A stretch of 64,000 nt of DNA from Candidatus Multivorans sp. GTDB lineage: Bacteria; Acidobacteriota; Thermoanaerobaculia; Multivoradales; Multivoraceae. This document shows, in pieces, positions 49,631-59,665 of the stretch (the first letter of the stretch is position 1; the number at the start of each line of letters is the position of its first letter). Both the position numbers and the translations under genes were made by a program. The stretch spans positions 1,056,001 through 1,120,000 of the forward strand of contig OZ251997.1 of the NCBI GenBank assembly GCA_965247095.1, read 5' to 3'. The notes under the pieces are model-generated. The model was not told the DNA's origin and did no database searches. It saw only the letters and a program-made list of their open reading frames with translations.

Positions 49631-50455
49631 CAGCTCGAACAGGGCCAGGGAGGCGGCGACCGCAGCGTTCAGGGACTCGACGGCGCCGGCGGTGGGAACC
49701 GTCAAGAGCATGTTCGCCCGATCGAGAACCGGGCTTGAGACTCCCTGGCTCTCGTTGCCCACGGCGAGGACGATCTGATCGGCACAAAGCAGGTGGGTAA
49801 GCCTCTGATCGGGAGCGTTGGCCGAGAAGATCGGAGCGATGGGCCGTTCTTCGTTCTCCTCATGATGGGACGTCAGTGCAAGCCAGCGTGCGTTCGCGGG
49901 GATCTGGTCCGCTCGAACCCCGGTCCAGACGGGGATGCGGAGCAGACTGCCTGCTGAGGCGCGGAGGGCTCGGGGCTGGCTGGGGCGGGCCGTGCCGTCG
50001 GCGAGGAGGAGGGAGGCAGCGCCTGCGGCTTCGGCCGATCGGGCCATGGCGCCCAGGTTGCCCGGGTCCTGAATGCCGTCGACGTAGAGGTGGAGCCCGG
50101 AGGACAGGGTGAGGGGCCGGCTCTCTGCTGCGCGCGCGGAGATCCAGCCGGGAGGCGGATCGACCAAGGCGGCGATGCCCTGGGGAGCGTCGGCGTCGGC
50201 TTGCTCCCGCAGTCGATCGGGGTGGATGAGGTCGGCCGTGGTCCGTGAACGATCTTCCAACTGCTGGATGAACTCGGCATGAGTCGCCTCGAACTCCGGC
50301 GTCACCAGGAGGTGGTGGAACTCGAGCCCGGCCCCGGCCGCAGCGTCCACCAGGTGCCGGCCCTCAAGCAAGAGCATGTCGGTGTGGCGACGTGCGTGAG
50401 CGTTACGGAGCCGGCGAATCGTTCGCACCTGGGGGTTGTTCCGGCTGCGGATCAT
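49604..50455 (-). CDS. TrmH/SpoU family RNA methyltransferase
   Basis: IRSRNN, LEG, IQDPGNLG, RASAG, GNESQG, VESLNAAVA. Confidence 0.92.
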   Translation of the reverse strand: MIRSRNNPQVRTIRRLRNAHARRHTDMLLLEGRHLVDAAAGAGLEFHHLLVTPEFEATHAEFIQQLEDRSRTTADLIHPDRLREQADADAPQGIAALVDPPPGWISARAAESRPLTLSSGLHLYVDGIQDPGNLGAMARSAEAAGAASLLLADGTARPSQPRALRASAGSLLRIPVWTGVRADQIPANARWLALTSHHEENEERPIAPIFSANAPDQRLTHLLCADQIVLAVGNESQGVSSPVLDRANMLLTVPTAGAVESLNAAVAASLALFELLRLRGMSP

Positions 50456-50535
50456 CGCTGCGTGATGTTACGCACTGGCCGAAGCAAGCGGTGGGACCTT
50501 ACGGGATGCCGATGAATTGGTAAGGTTCGCTGCCG

Positions 50536-51702
50536 ATGAGCACCAGTGGGAGTGGAATGCGCCGTCTGTTCACGTCCGAGTCGGTGACCGAGGGTCATCC
50601 CGACAAGGTCGCCGATCAGATCTCGGATGCCGTTCTCGATGCCGCGCTGCGCCACGATCCGCAAGCGCGGGTGGCATGCGAGACACTGGTCAACACCGGC
50701 CTGGTCCTCATCGCCGGCGAGATCAAGCTGAAGCCCGGCGCGGGAATCGACTACGCGACTTTGGCGCGGCAAACGATCCGTGACATCGGCTACACCGATG
50801 CGAAATCCGGCTTCGCCGCCGACGACTGCGCCGTGCTCTGTGCTCTCGACCCACAGTCCGAAGACATCGCTCTCGGCGTCAACACCGGCGGCGCAGGGGA
50901 TCAAGGTCTGATGTTCGGCTATGCGTGCCGGGAGACCGAAGAACTCATGCCGCTGCCGATCGAACTCGCGCATCGCCTGACCCGGCGCCTCGCTGAACTG
51001 CGGCGCTCGGGAACATGCGACTGGCTGAGACCGGACGGCAAGTCGCAGGTCACCGTGCAGTACGACCAGCACGAACAGGCCGTGCGGGCGCATACGATCG
51101 TCGTGTCGACACAGCATGCCCGGGAGGTGGGGCAGGACGAGATCAGGCGGGTCGTGCTGGAGCAAGTCGTCAGACCGTCGGTTCCGGGCCACCTCCTCGA
51201 CGACGACACGATCTTCCATGTGAATCCGACAGGTCAGTTCGTGGTCGGCGGTCCACAGGGAGATTGCGGACTCACCGGCCGCAAGATCATCGTCGACACC
51301 TACGGTGGCGTCGGCCACCATGGCGGCGGCGCCTTTTCGGGCAAGGACCCGACAAAGGTGGACCGTTCCGCCAGCTACATGGCGCGTTACGTGGCGAAGA
51401 ACCTCGTCGCGGCCGGCATGGCGGATCGCCTCGAGGTCCAGTTGGCCTACGCCATCGGTGTAGCGGAGCCCGTGTCGGTGCACGTCGATTCGTTCGGTAC
51501 CGCGCGGGACGGAGTATCCGATCGCTTTCTCGAGGAACTCGTACGGAGTGAGTTCCCGCTGCAGCCCCAGGCGATCATCGAGGAGCTCGATCTGCGTCAG
51601 CCACGCTACCTGCAGACGGCGGCCTACGGCCACTTCGGCCGATCGGAGTTCCCCTGGGAACGGACCGATCGCGCGGCCACTCTCCGCCTGGCCGTCGCGT
51701 AG
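50536..51702 (+). CDS. metK: S-adenosylmethionine synthetase
   Basis: [35 protein letters not shown]. Confidence 0.98.
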   Translation: MSTSGSGMRRLFTSESVTEGHPDKVADQISDAVLDAALRHDPQARVACETLVNTGLVLIAGEIKLKPGAGIDYATLARQTIRDIGYTDAKSGFAADDCAVLCALDPQSEDIALGVNTGGAGDQGLMFGYACRETEELMPLPIELAHRLTRRLAELRRSGTCDWLRPDGKSQVTVQYDQHEQAVRAHTIVVSTQHAREVGQDEIRRVVLEQVVRPSVPGHLLDDDTIFHVNPTGQFVVGGPQGDCGLTGRKIIVDTYGGVGHHGGGAFSGKDPTKVDRSASYMARYVAKNLVAAGMADRLEVQLAYAIGVAEPVSVHVDSFGTARDGVSDRFLEELVRSEFPLQPQAIIEELDLRQPRYLQTAAYGHFGRSEFPWERTDRAATLRLAVA

Positions 51703-51733
51703 CAGAGCAGCCCGGCGTTCCGGCCACAGCCCG

Positions 51734-54172
51734 TCAGGTGCGCACGCCGAGGAACAGGTAGAGCGCCAGCGTCCCGAACAGCGCGTTCGGGCTCCAGGCC
51801 GCGATCAGGGGGGGCAACGCCTCCGACTGGCCGAGGGTCACGAACACGCTGATCACGGTGTAGTACACGATTCCGAGCATGATCGAGATGCCGATTCCGT
51901 AGAGCGCTCCCTGGCGGCCGAGCCGGAAGGCGAAGGGCAGTGCAACAAGGCCCATGACCAGGCAGACGACGGGCAGCGCGGTCTTGTTGTGGAGCTGCAT
52001 CTGAAGGTCCGGCACGGAGTTACCGGCTGCCATCAGGTCCCGGACGTGCCGCCTGAGTTCCCGACGGTTCATCTGGTCGGCGTACTTGACCTCGGTGTCG
52101 AAGAACTCGGGTTCCTCGGGTAGATCGACGGGCTGAGGTCCCGCGAACCGGCTGCTGTTGGTGGTCGTGAGACCGTCGAACTCGCGGACCCAGGCGTCGA
52201 GCAACTGCCAATCGCCGGTCTCCGCTTCGTTGCCCGGCACATACCGGGCCGCGGCGGCGTACAGGCGTCCGATCAACCGGTGTTCGGGGTCGAAGCGGAA
52301 CACCTGCAGGCGCTGCAGGGTCTGGCGGTCGGCATCGTAGTGGCGGTAGTTGTATATGTAGCCGCCGCCGGTGTCGTCCTGGGCGTAGCGCCACTGGCGA
52401 TCGGCGCTGTGGTAGCTCTTGATCGGTCCCGCATTGCCTCGGATCCGGTCTTTCAACTCGGCGACCTTGGCGTTGGAAGCCGGCAGCACCGAGTTCTCAA
52501 GGGCCGCGCTGAGCAGGGCGATTCCGGCCGCCGCGACCAGGGCCGGCATCGCCAGCCGGAACAGGCTGAAGCCAAGGGCCTTGGCGGCCACGACCTCATT
52601 GCGCTGCGAAAGGAGGCCGAAAGTGACCAGAGTGGTCACCAGGACGAGGACCGGCGCCACGTCGTAGAAGATCTGCAGCGAAAGATAGGGGTAGTAGACC
52701 GCGAAGACGCTCGATGGGACGTCGTTCTCGAACATCTCGTCGATGAGCTGGGTGAAGTCCGACACGATGTAAATGGCGAGAGCCGCGAGGACCGTAATCA
52801 CGAAGACCCGCACGAAGACGCCGAAGATGTAGCGGTCCATGACACCCGGGAAACGAAAGCTGAACGGTTCGATCCGCAACCGCAGCCGGGGCCGGGCGGG
52901 GGCGCCGCCCAACGCGAGCGACTGGGTCTGAGCACGCGCGAGACGATCCTCGAGCGCACGCTTCCGGCGGCCCCTGACCTTCCTCCGTCTGCCGAGACGC
53001 AGAATTCGCCGCCAGATGTGCTCCCGCAGGTAGCGGTCGACCGCGCCGATCATCAGGCTCTTGTCCCGGTTTCTGCGCCAGAGCAGAAACGTGCCGAGAA
53101 CGAGGAGGAGGATGTTTGGCGCCCACATCGCCAGCCAGGGCGGGATCTGCCCGTTCACGGCCGCTTCCTCTCCGTTGCCCAGCATGACGTAGTAGAAGAG
53201 GAACATCGTGACCGAGATCAGGAAGCCCGAGGACCGGCCGCTGCGGCGGTTCCGGAAGCCGAGGGGAATCCCGTAGAGGCCGAACACGAGGCAGGCGCCC
53301 GGGATCGCGAACTTCTTGTGGATCTCGACCAGGGCCTTGTTGCGCTCGTCGTCGGCAAGCCCGGGTTCTTCGGCGCGCTCGACCAACTCCGAAAGCGTCA
53401 TCGAGCGCACGCCCTTGGCCAGCACCAGCCCCTCGTTGTGGCGCAACAGGCTGTCCTCAATCACGATGTTCGCATCCCGGAGGCGCTGCAGCCGGTAGGT
53501 ACTGGGATCATTCGTGTTCACCTCATGCACGTCGGCGAGACCGAACATCAGGACCGGGGGACGGCCGTTGCCAGGAGTCACGTTGATGCGCCCGGTTTCG
53601 CCTACGATGACCTGCTGTTCGGGACCTGGAACGGCGTCGGCCAGGAACACGCCGCGCCAGCCGTCCTCGTTCTCGGACGACTCGAAGACGTAGAGCACGC
53701 GCTCCTGGAGGCCGTCGTAGAACACCCTGGGCTTCACCTGCTGGTTCACACTCCGCTTCAGGATCTCCAACTGCAGTTCGCTCGTCGCCTTGTTGCCCGC
53801 CGGCAGAGTGACGGTCATCAGGTATGTGGTTACCGCGGCCAGCAGCAGACTCATGAACAGGATCGGCCGGTAGACCGAGAACAGGCTGATTCCCGAGGCC
53901 CGCATGGCAACCAGCTCGCTGTCGGCAGCCATCCGGCCGATGGCCAGCAGGATGGCGAACAGGAACGCCATCGGAATCGTCAGGACGATGATCTGCGGCA
54001 GGTTGTACGCGAGGAGTTGGAGCACGACCCGAACCTCGACGTCGCGCTCGATGATCAGTTCGGCGAACTGGAAGAGCTTCTGCAGCAGGGCGAGGAACGT
54101 GAACACGAGAAGGCCCAGGGTGAGTGGGCCAACCGTCTCGCGCACGAGGTAGCGGTCGAGGAGGCGGAACAT
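51734..54172 (-). CDS. Fused LptF-LptG LPS export permease
   Basis: Two YjgP/Q halves: LLDRYL...DSELVAMRASG and MDRYI...NEVVAAKALG...AAWSPN. Confidence 0.92.
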   Translation of the reverse strand: MFRLLDRYLVRETVGPLTLGLLVFTFLALLQKLFQFAELIIERDVEVRVVLQLLAYNLPQIIVLTIPMAFLFAILLAIGRMAADSELVAMRASGISLFSVYRPILFMSLLLAAVTTYLMTVTLPAGNKATSELQLEILKRSVNQQVKPRVFYDGLQERVLYVFESSENEDGWRGVFLADAVPGPEQQVIVGETGRINVTPGNGRPPVLMFGLADVHEVNTNDPSTYRLQRLRDANIVIEDSLLRHNEGLVLAKGVRSMTLSELVERAEEPGLADDERNKALVEIHKKFAIPGACLVFGLYGIPLGFRNRRSGRSSGFLISVTMFLFYYVMLGNGEEAAVNGQIPPWLAMWAPNILLLVLGTFLLWRRNRDKSLMIGAVDRYLREHIWRRILRLGRRRKVRGRRKRALEDRLARAQTQSLALGGAPARPRLRLRIEPFSFRFPGVMDRYIFGVFVRVFVITVLAALAIYIVSDFTQLIDEMFENDVPSSVFAVYYPYLSLQIFYDVAPVLVLVTTLVTFGLLSQRNEVVAAKALGFSLFRLAMPALVAAAGIALLSAALENSVLPASNAKVAELKDRIRGNAGPIKSYHSADRQWRYAQDDTGGGYIYNYRHYDADRQTLQRLQVFRFDPEHRLIGRLYAAAARYVPGNEAETGDWQLLDAWVREFDGLTTTNSSRFAGPQPVDLPEEPEFFDTEVKYADQMNRRELRRHVRDLMAAGNSVPDLQMQLHNKTALPVVCLVMGLVALPFAFRLGRQGALYGIGISIMLGIVYYTVISVFVTLGQSEALPPLIAAWSPNALFGTLALYLFLGVRT

Positions 54173-54281
54173 CGTGATCTCCGAGTCGATTCGGACCGAT
54201 CGGAGCGCGTTAGGGGCAGCCTGGCCGGGGATGCCACGAGCCTGGCCTTCCGCGGTTGTTGCTTGGCGCCTTGGTGAATGG

Positions 54282-54309
54282 AGTTGACATAATGGACATT
54301 ATCAGACCT
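54282..54309 (-). other. dif site (XerC/XerD chromosome dimer resolution)
   Basis: - strand AGGTCTGATAA-TGTCCA-TTATGTCAACT: 11-6-11 layout with ATAA...TTATG core like E. coli GGTGCGCATAA-TGTATA-TTATGTTAAAT; intergenic. Confidence 0.85.
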
Positions 54310-54386
54310 GAGATACGGCAGCGCGCGACGGGATCGAGCGTCGCCGCGAACCTTCGGGGCCCCGCGTCAAAGCTGACATAGCCTGC

Positions 54387-55226
54387 CTAGAAGGTCGCCG
54401 TCGTGTCCCGTTGGCGCCGGAGCGCCGCGAGCAGTTCCTCAAGGGCCCGGATCAGATCGTCCTCCTCGACGACGCTCTGGCGGAAGCTCAGGGAGACGCT
54501 GTAGCGCTCGTCCGGCGCCTGGAAGCGGAATACATGCGGCTTCGCGCCTGCCGCGCCACCGTCGGTCGACTCCTCGGCCTCCTTCGGGCTCGCGTCCTGT
54601 TGTCGGTCGGATTGACGCGCGCGCACTTCAGTGCGCACATCGGCTCGTTTGAGACCGAGGTCGGCAATGCGCTCAAGCATCTCGATCATCTCGCTCTCCG
54701 AACCCAGCTTCAGGACCTCCAGGAGAATCGACTTCCTCGCCGAGACACCCAGCGCGAGCGCCCTGTCGCGCACGGCCCGGGGCAATTTCAGCAGGGCCAG
54801 GGACTCGGTCACACTGACCCGGGAGCGGCCGAGCGCCGCGGCGACCTGTTCGTGGGTGCAGCCGTGCTCCTCGACCAGCGCGCTCAGGCCGTCAGCCTCC
54901 TCGAATGGGGTCAGGTCGACCCGTTGGAGGTTCTCGACCAGCGCGATCTCGAGCGCCTCGCTGCGAGTGACATCCATCTCGATCAACGGAATCTCGTTGA
55001 CTCCGGCCTGTTGGGCGGCGCGAAAGCGGCGCTCGCCGGAAATGATCCGGTACCGCTGCTCTCCGGCGCCGCCCAGGTCCGCTCGAGGTAGCGGCCGGGC
55101 CAGGATGGGTTCCAGGACGCCCTTGGTGCGGATGGAAGCGGTCAGCTCCTCCAGGCCTTCCAGTTGCTGCCTGGGCTGATCGGGGTCCGGCTCGATCCGG
55201 GAAAGAGGGACCATTCGGATGTTCAT
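54387..55226 (-). CDS. ParB/Spo0J-family protein (orphan)
   Basis: PDQPR, GVLEPI, ISGERRFRAA, ENLQRVDLTPFEEA, HTH THEQVAAALGRSRVSV. Confidence 0.92.
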   Translation of the reverse strand: MNIRMVPLSRIEPDPDQPRQQLEGLEELTASIRTKGVLEPILARPLPRADLGGAGEQRYRIISGERRFRAAQQAGVNEIPLIEMDVTRSEALEIALVENLQRVDLTPFEEADGLSALVEEHGCTHEQVAAALGRSRVSVTESLALLKLPRAVRDRALALGVSARKSILLEVLKLGSESEMIEMLERIADLGLKRADVRTEVRARQSDRQQDASPKEAEESTDGGAAGAKPHVFRFQAPDERYSVSLSFRQSVVEEDDLIRALEELLAALRRQRDTTATF

Positions 55227-55239
55227 CGACCGCGCCCTG

Positions 55240-55827
55240 TTACATCTCGTACTTGCCAAGTGCCTTCGGATCGAGCTCTTCGAGCCACTCCTTCATCTTC
55301 TGTTCGTCCATGCCGGCCGCGGGCGCTTCGGTTGCCTCGCCCTCCGTCGTCTGCTGCCTGACGCGGGCGAGATCGGCCACCGACTGCCGCACGAAGAGCG
55401 GCGCGCCGGCACGGAGAGCGAGTGCGATCGCGTCGCTCGGCCGTGCGTCGAGGAGACGATGCTCGCCGCTCCGCTCGACGAGTTCGACCACCGCCAGGAA
55501 GGTGTTGCCCTCGATCGCCCGCACGACGACCTCGATCACCTCGGCCCCGACCAGGTCGAGCGCGTTCTTCAGCAGGTCATGGGTCATCGGCCGGCCCGGA
55601 TCCTTGCCCTCGATGGCGAGTTGAATCGCTCCAGCTTCGAAGATACCGATCCAGATCGGGACGACCGAGCTCTCGTTCGCGTCCTTCTCGTGCAGGCGCA
55701 GAATCACAATCGGCTGGTTCGAGTTCGGCTCCATCATGAGGCCGTGGACCTCTGCCGGGATCTTCCGATCCACCGTGTCCTCCCGGGCCGCCGGGACCCT
55801 GCCGCCGTCCGTCGCCATTCCCGGCAT
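55240..55827 (-). CDS. Bifunctional nuclease (DUF151)
   Basis: PIWIGIFEA, RPMTHDL, DARPSDAIALA. Confidence 0.92.
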   Translation of the reverse strand: MPGMATDGGRVPAAREDTVDRKIPAEVHGLMMEPNSNQPIVILRLHEKDANESSVVPIWIGIFEAGAIQLAIEGKDPGRPMTHDLLKNALDLVGAEVIEVVVRAIEGNTFLAVVELVERSGEHRLLDARPSDAIALALRAGAPLFVRQSVADLARVRQQTTEGEATEAPAAGMDEQKMKEWLEELDPKALGKYEM

Positions 55828-55828
55828 C

Positions 55829-57160
55829 CTACGCCAGTCGCCCGAGCAGAGAATGGTCGTAGGCCTCCAGAGTCCGGATGCGCGTCAATGTCCCCGCCTT
55901 GACCGGCGCCCCTTCGACCGGGAAGTGGACGATCCGGTGACAGTCCGTTCGCCCGGCCTGGTAGCCCGGGCGCCGGCTCCAGCCGGTGACCAGGAGGTCG
56001 AACTTCCTTCCCACCAGCCCCTCGTTCAGCTCGCGCTGGATCACCGACTGGGCCGCGAATACGCGCTGGAGCCGCTCGTCGGCAACTTCCCGGGGAACCT
56101 CGCCCGCGGCGGGCAACCGGATCGCGGCCGTATTCGGTCTGGGGCTGTACTTGAACGCGAACATGGAGGCGAAACGGACCGTCTCGATCAGATCGAGGGT
56201 GCGCTGAAAGTCCTCCTCGGTCTCGCCCGGAAAGCCGACGATCAGATCGGTGGACAGGGCCAACCCGCCGCGGGCGGCGCGCAGCCGATCGACCAGGCCG
56301 AGGTACTCCTCCACCGTATAGCCGCGTCCCATACGCCGCAGAACCCGGTTCGAGCCCGACTGAACCGGCAGGTGCAGGTAGGGCGAGATGTTGTCGTGGG
56401 TGGCGACGGCCGCGATCATCGCGTCGGTGAAATCGCGCGGGTAGGAGGTCACGAAACGCAGCCGCTTCAGCCCTGGCAGCACGGCCGCCGCGTTCAGCAG
56501 ATCGGCGAAGTCCAGAGCCCGGCCGCTTCCCAGGGGCGGCGCCGGCTCGCGCCAGTGGTTCACGGTCTGGCCGAGCAGCTCCACTTCGAGGAAACCGTAT
56601 TCGAGAAGATGCTCGATCTCGCTCAGGATCTCCGCCATCGGCCGGCACCGCTCCGGTCCTCGAGTGTTCGGCACAACGCAGAATGTGCAGCGCTTGTTGC
56701 AGCCCTCGATGATCGTGACCATCCCCTTGTGGACGCTGTCCCGGCTGATGGCCTCGAAGTCGTACGGCCGCTGCTCGGGAAACCCGACCGCCAGGACGCG
56801 CTCGCCGCGCCGGCTGCGCTTGAGAACGGACCCGATTTCGCCGACCCGGCCGGTGCCGACGACGAAGTCGATGTCGGGGTTGCGCCGCAGGGCCTCCTCG
56901 CCCTCCTGCTGCGCGACGCAGCCGCAGAAGCCGATTCGGAGGTTCGTCCGTTCGCGCTTCAGCAGCCGGTACTGCCCCAATCGGGAGTAGGACTTCTGAG
57001 CGGCCTTCTCGCGCACGGAGCACGAGTTCAGAAGGATCAGGTCCGCCTGCTTCAACTCGCGCGTCGGCACGAGGCCCTGCTGCATCAACTGGCCGGCCAT
57101 GCGCTGGCTGTCCAGCTCGTTCATCTGGCAGCCCCAGGTCTCGATGTAGAAGCGCTCCAC
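55829..57160 (-). CDS. miaB: tRNA 2-methylthio-N6-isopentenyladenosine synthase MiaB
   Basis: TWGCQMN, NSCSVRE, GCVAQ, CNKRCTFC radical-SAM motif, VGFPGET, TRAM domain. Confidence 0.96.
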   Translation of the reverse strand: MERFYIETWGCQMNELDSQRMAGQLMQQGLVPTRELKQADLILLNSCSVREKAAQKSYSRLGQYRLLKRERTNLRIGFCGCVAQQEGEEALRRNPDIDFVVGTGRVGEIGSVLKRSRRGERVLAVGFPEQRPYDFEAISRDSVHKGMVTIIEGCNKRCTFCVVPNTRGPERCRPMAEILSEIEHLLEYGFLEVELLGQTVNHWREPAPPLGSGRALDFADLLNAAAVLPGLKRLRFVTSYPRDFTDAMIAAVATHDNISPYLHLPVQSGSNRVLRRMGRGYTVEEYLGLVDRLRAARGGLALSTDLIVGFPGETEEDFQRTLDLIETVRFASMFAFKYSPRPNTAAIRLPAAGEVPREVADERLQRVFAAQSVIQRELNEGLVGRKFDLLVTGWSRRPGYQAGRTDCHRIVHFPVEGAPVKAGTLTRIRTLEAYDHSLLGRLA

Positions 57161-57174
57161 GGCGATGGAGACTA

Positions 57175-58971
57175 CTACCCTGTCCGGGCCGGCGCCCGCC
57201 GGTGCACGACGGGCGCGCCGGCTGCGGCGAGCAGGCCCTCGACCTCGTCCGCCGTCGACGCAGTGACACACCGGCGCGCGAGTTCCTCGGCGTCGCAGAT
57301 ATCGAGCGAACGCACGACCTCCTTGACGCCGGGAAGGCTCCGGGGACTCATCGAGAGTTGCCGCAACCCTAGTCCGAGCATGAGCGGCACGTACTCCGGG
57401 TTCGCCGCCATCTCGCCGCACAGGGCGACTGGAACCCGCTGCCTCCGGCCCGCCTCCACAACGAGTTGAATCATGCTCAGGACGGCGGGATGCATGGGTT
57501 GATAGAGGTCCGCCACGTGTTCGTTCGTCCGATCGACCGCCAGCGTGTACTGGATCAGGTCGTTTGTGCCAATGGAGAGAAAGTCGACTTCGGCCGCGAG
57601 CTGGCGGGCGATCATCACCGCGGCCGGCACTTCCACCATGGCGCCCAGCTCCACGTCCCGCTGGTACTCGGCGCCCTCGGCCTCGAGTTCGGCGCAAACG
57701 TCGTCGCAGAGACGGCGCAACGCCCGGATCTCATCGACCGTGGTCACCATCGGGGCCATGATGCGCAGGTTGCCGAAGGGCGCGGCGCGGAACAGGGCGC
57801 GCAACTGGACACGGAACACATCCACGCGCGCCAGGGTCAGCCGAATGCCGCGCTGACCCAGAACCGGGTTCTCCTCGTCCTGCGGCACGAGGCCGCGCGC
57901 CACCTTGCCGCCGCCGAGGTCGAGGGTCCGCACCACGACCGGTTGGGGCGCCAGGGTCTCCAGGAGCTGCCGGATCACGGCCACGTGCTCTTCCTCAGAT
58001 GGCAGCTCGGGGCTCTTCTCGAGATACAGGAACTCGCTTCGGTAGAGGCCGATACCGGAGGCGCCGAACCGCCGCACGTCGTCGAGTTCCTCGGGCAACT
58101 CCACGTTGGCCAGCAGCTCGACCTCCGCCCCGTCGACGGTTCGGGCCGGAAGATCTCTTCTGGCCGCGGTCGACTGCGCCTCCTCGTTGCGCCGCCGCCG
58201 GCGCTGAAGGCTGCGGTACTGATCGAGCATCTCCGGCGTGGGATGGAGAGTGAGGCGTCCCTCTTCCCCGTCCACGATCACGGGGTCATCGTCGGCAACG
58301 CGGTTCGTGATGTCCACGATGCCGGTCACCAACGGTACGTCCAGCGCACGCGCCACGATGGCGGTGTGCGAGTTGGCGCCGCCGACTTCGATCGCGAATC
58401 CCACCGCCCCGCGGCGCCCCAGGCGCAGCACTTCGTCCGGTGTCAGCTCATGACTGACAACGACCACGTTGCGGTCGAAGTTCTCACCGACACCCGGCGA
58501 AGATCGCTTCCCCGCCAGTGCCCGGAGCAGGTAGCGGGTGACGTCGCGAAGGTCCTCGCCCCGCTCGCGCAGGTGCTGGCTCTTGACCTGGGCGAACTTC
58601 TCGCCGAGATCGTCGGCCACCGCCTGCACCGCCCACTCCGCATTGACCCGATCGCTGCGGATCATCTGATCGATGCGGCGGGCGAAGGACGAGTCCCGCA
58701 GGATCACCGAGTGAGCATGGAAGATGGAGGCCAGGTCGCTGCCGAAGGTCTCGGCGATCCGGCTTTCGGTGGCCTCGAGTTCCGCCTCCACAGTGCGTAC
58801 GGCCGCACCGAAGCGCTCGACCTCGCGGTCCAGGCCGCCCCTCCGGATCGTCACCCGCAGCACCTCGACGCCGTGGCCGCGAAGGCAGACCGCGGGGCCG
58901 ATGGCGACTCCCGGCGCGGCGGCAGCGCCCTGAAGGGCCTCCTGCGGTTTCGTGTTGTCCGGCCGGCTCAT
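57175..58971 (-). CDS. ptsI: PTS enzyme I
   Basis: GGANSHTAIVAR phospho-His, GLYRSEF, RTLDLGG, SIGTNDL, CGEMA. Confidence 0.96.
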   Translation of the reverse strand: MSRPDNTKPQEALQGAAAAPGVAIGPAVCLRGHGVEVLRVTIRRGGLDREVERFGAAVRTVEAELEATESRIAETFGSDLASIFHAHSVILRDSSFARRIDQMIRSDRVNAEWAVQAVADDLGEKFAQVKSQHLRERGEDLRDVTRYLLRALAGKRSSPGVGENFDRNVVVVSHELTPDEVLRLGRRGAVGFAIEVGGANSHTAIVARALDVPLVTGIVDITNRVADDDPVIVDGEEGRLTLHPTPEMLDQYRSLQRRRRRNEEAQSTAARRDLPARTVDGAEVELLANVELPEELDDVRRFGASGIGLYRSEFLYLEKSPELPSEEEHVAVIRQLLETLAPQPVVVRTLDLGGGKVARGLVPQDEENPVLGQRGIRLTLARVDVFRVQLRALFRAAPFGNLRIMAPMVTTVDEIRALRRLCDDVCAELEAEGAEYQRDVELGAMVEVPAAVMIARQLAAEVDFLSIGTNDLIQYTLAVDRTNEHVADLYQPMHPAVLSMIQLVVEAGRRQRVPVALCGEMAANPEYVPLMLGLGLRQLSMSPRSLPGVKEVVRSLDICDAEELARRCVTASTADEVEGLLAAAGAPVVHRRAPARTG

Positions 58972-59234
58972 GAGTCCTCGCCGAACCGGGTCTCGATCAG
59001 GTCGCATACCGCCGTCATCGCGGCCTGCTCGTCCTCACCCAGGCAGCGCACGGTCAACCTGGCGCCCCGTCCGGCCCCCAGGAGCAGGACGCCGAGGATG
59101 CTCCGCGCCTCGGTTTCGCGGCCGTTGGCACGCAACACCACGTCGGACCGGAACTGCTTTGCCGTCTGCACCAACCTGGCGGCCGCGCGCGCGTGCAGCC
59201 CCAGCTCGTTGACAACCTCGACCTCGCGTTCCAT
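58968..59234 (-). CDS. ptsH: Phosphocarrier HPr/NPr
   Basis: NELGLHARAA, ARSILG. Confidence 0.94.
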   Translation of the reverse strand: MEREVEVVNELGLHARAAARLVQTAKQFRSDVVLRANGRETEARSILGVLLLGAGRGARLTVRCLGEDEQAAMTAVCDLIETRFGEDS

Positions 59235-59665
59235 CACTTCGACTGCTGCGGACTGCCGCTCGCGGCGAGCTGAATGCTCTTGCGTCCATTGCTCCAGATC
59301 CAGTCCGCCAGGTCCGGCAGGTCGAGATCCGGCGCTTCGCAGCAGAGGCTGAGCACCATCGGCAGGTTGACCCCGGTCACGACCGCGGCGTTCGCTACTC
59401 CCGACGCTCGCAGCGCGCTGTTGGAGGGCGTGTCACCGAACATCTCGGTCAGGATCAGAACGCCCGCTCCGTGCTCCTCGTCAAGCCCCCGGACTTTGGC
59501 TTCAATCAGGTCCGCTGCCTCGGCGGCGTCGACGAGCCAGTCGATGCAGAGCGCGTAGACCGGTATCGGACACGTGTCCCGATCCTGGCCGGAGATAGCG
59601 CGCGCGGAGTCGAGCAGTCGCTGGGCGAGTTCACCATGCGAAACGATGAGCACGGGGACGGTCAC
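59234..59665 (-). CDS. PTS EIIA, mannose/fructose family
   Basis: LIVSHG, LTEMFGDTPSN, TGVNLPM. Confidence 0.9.
   Translation of the reverse strand: MTVPVLIVSHGELAQRLLDSARAISGQDRDTCPIPVYALCIDWLVDAAEAADLIEAKVRGLDEEHGAGVLILTEMFGDTPSNSALRASGVANAAVVTGVNLPMVLSLCCEAPDLDLPDLADWIWSNGRKSIQLAASGSPQQSK

Noticed and set aside
51734-54172. LptF-LptG fusion as a novelty
   Set aside because: To my knowledge a common arrangement in Acidobacteriota; useful as a taxonomic hint only
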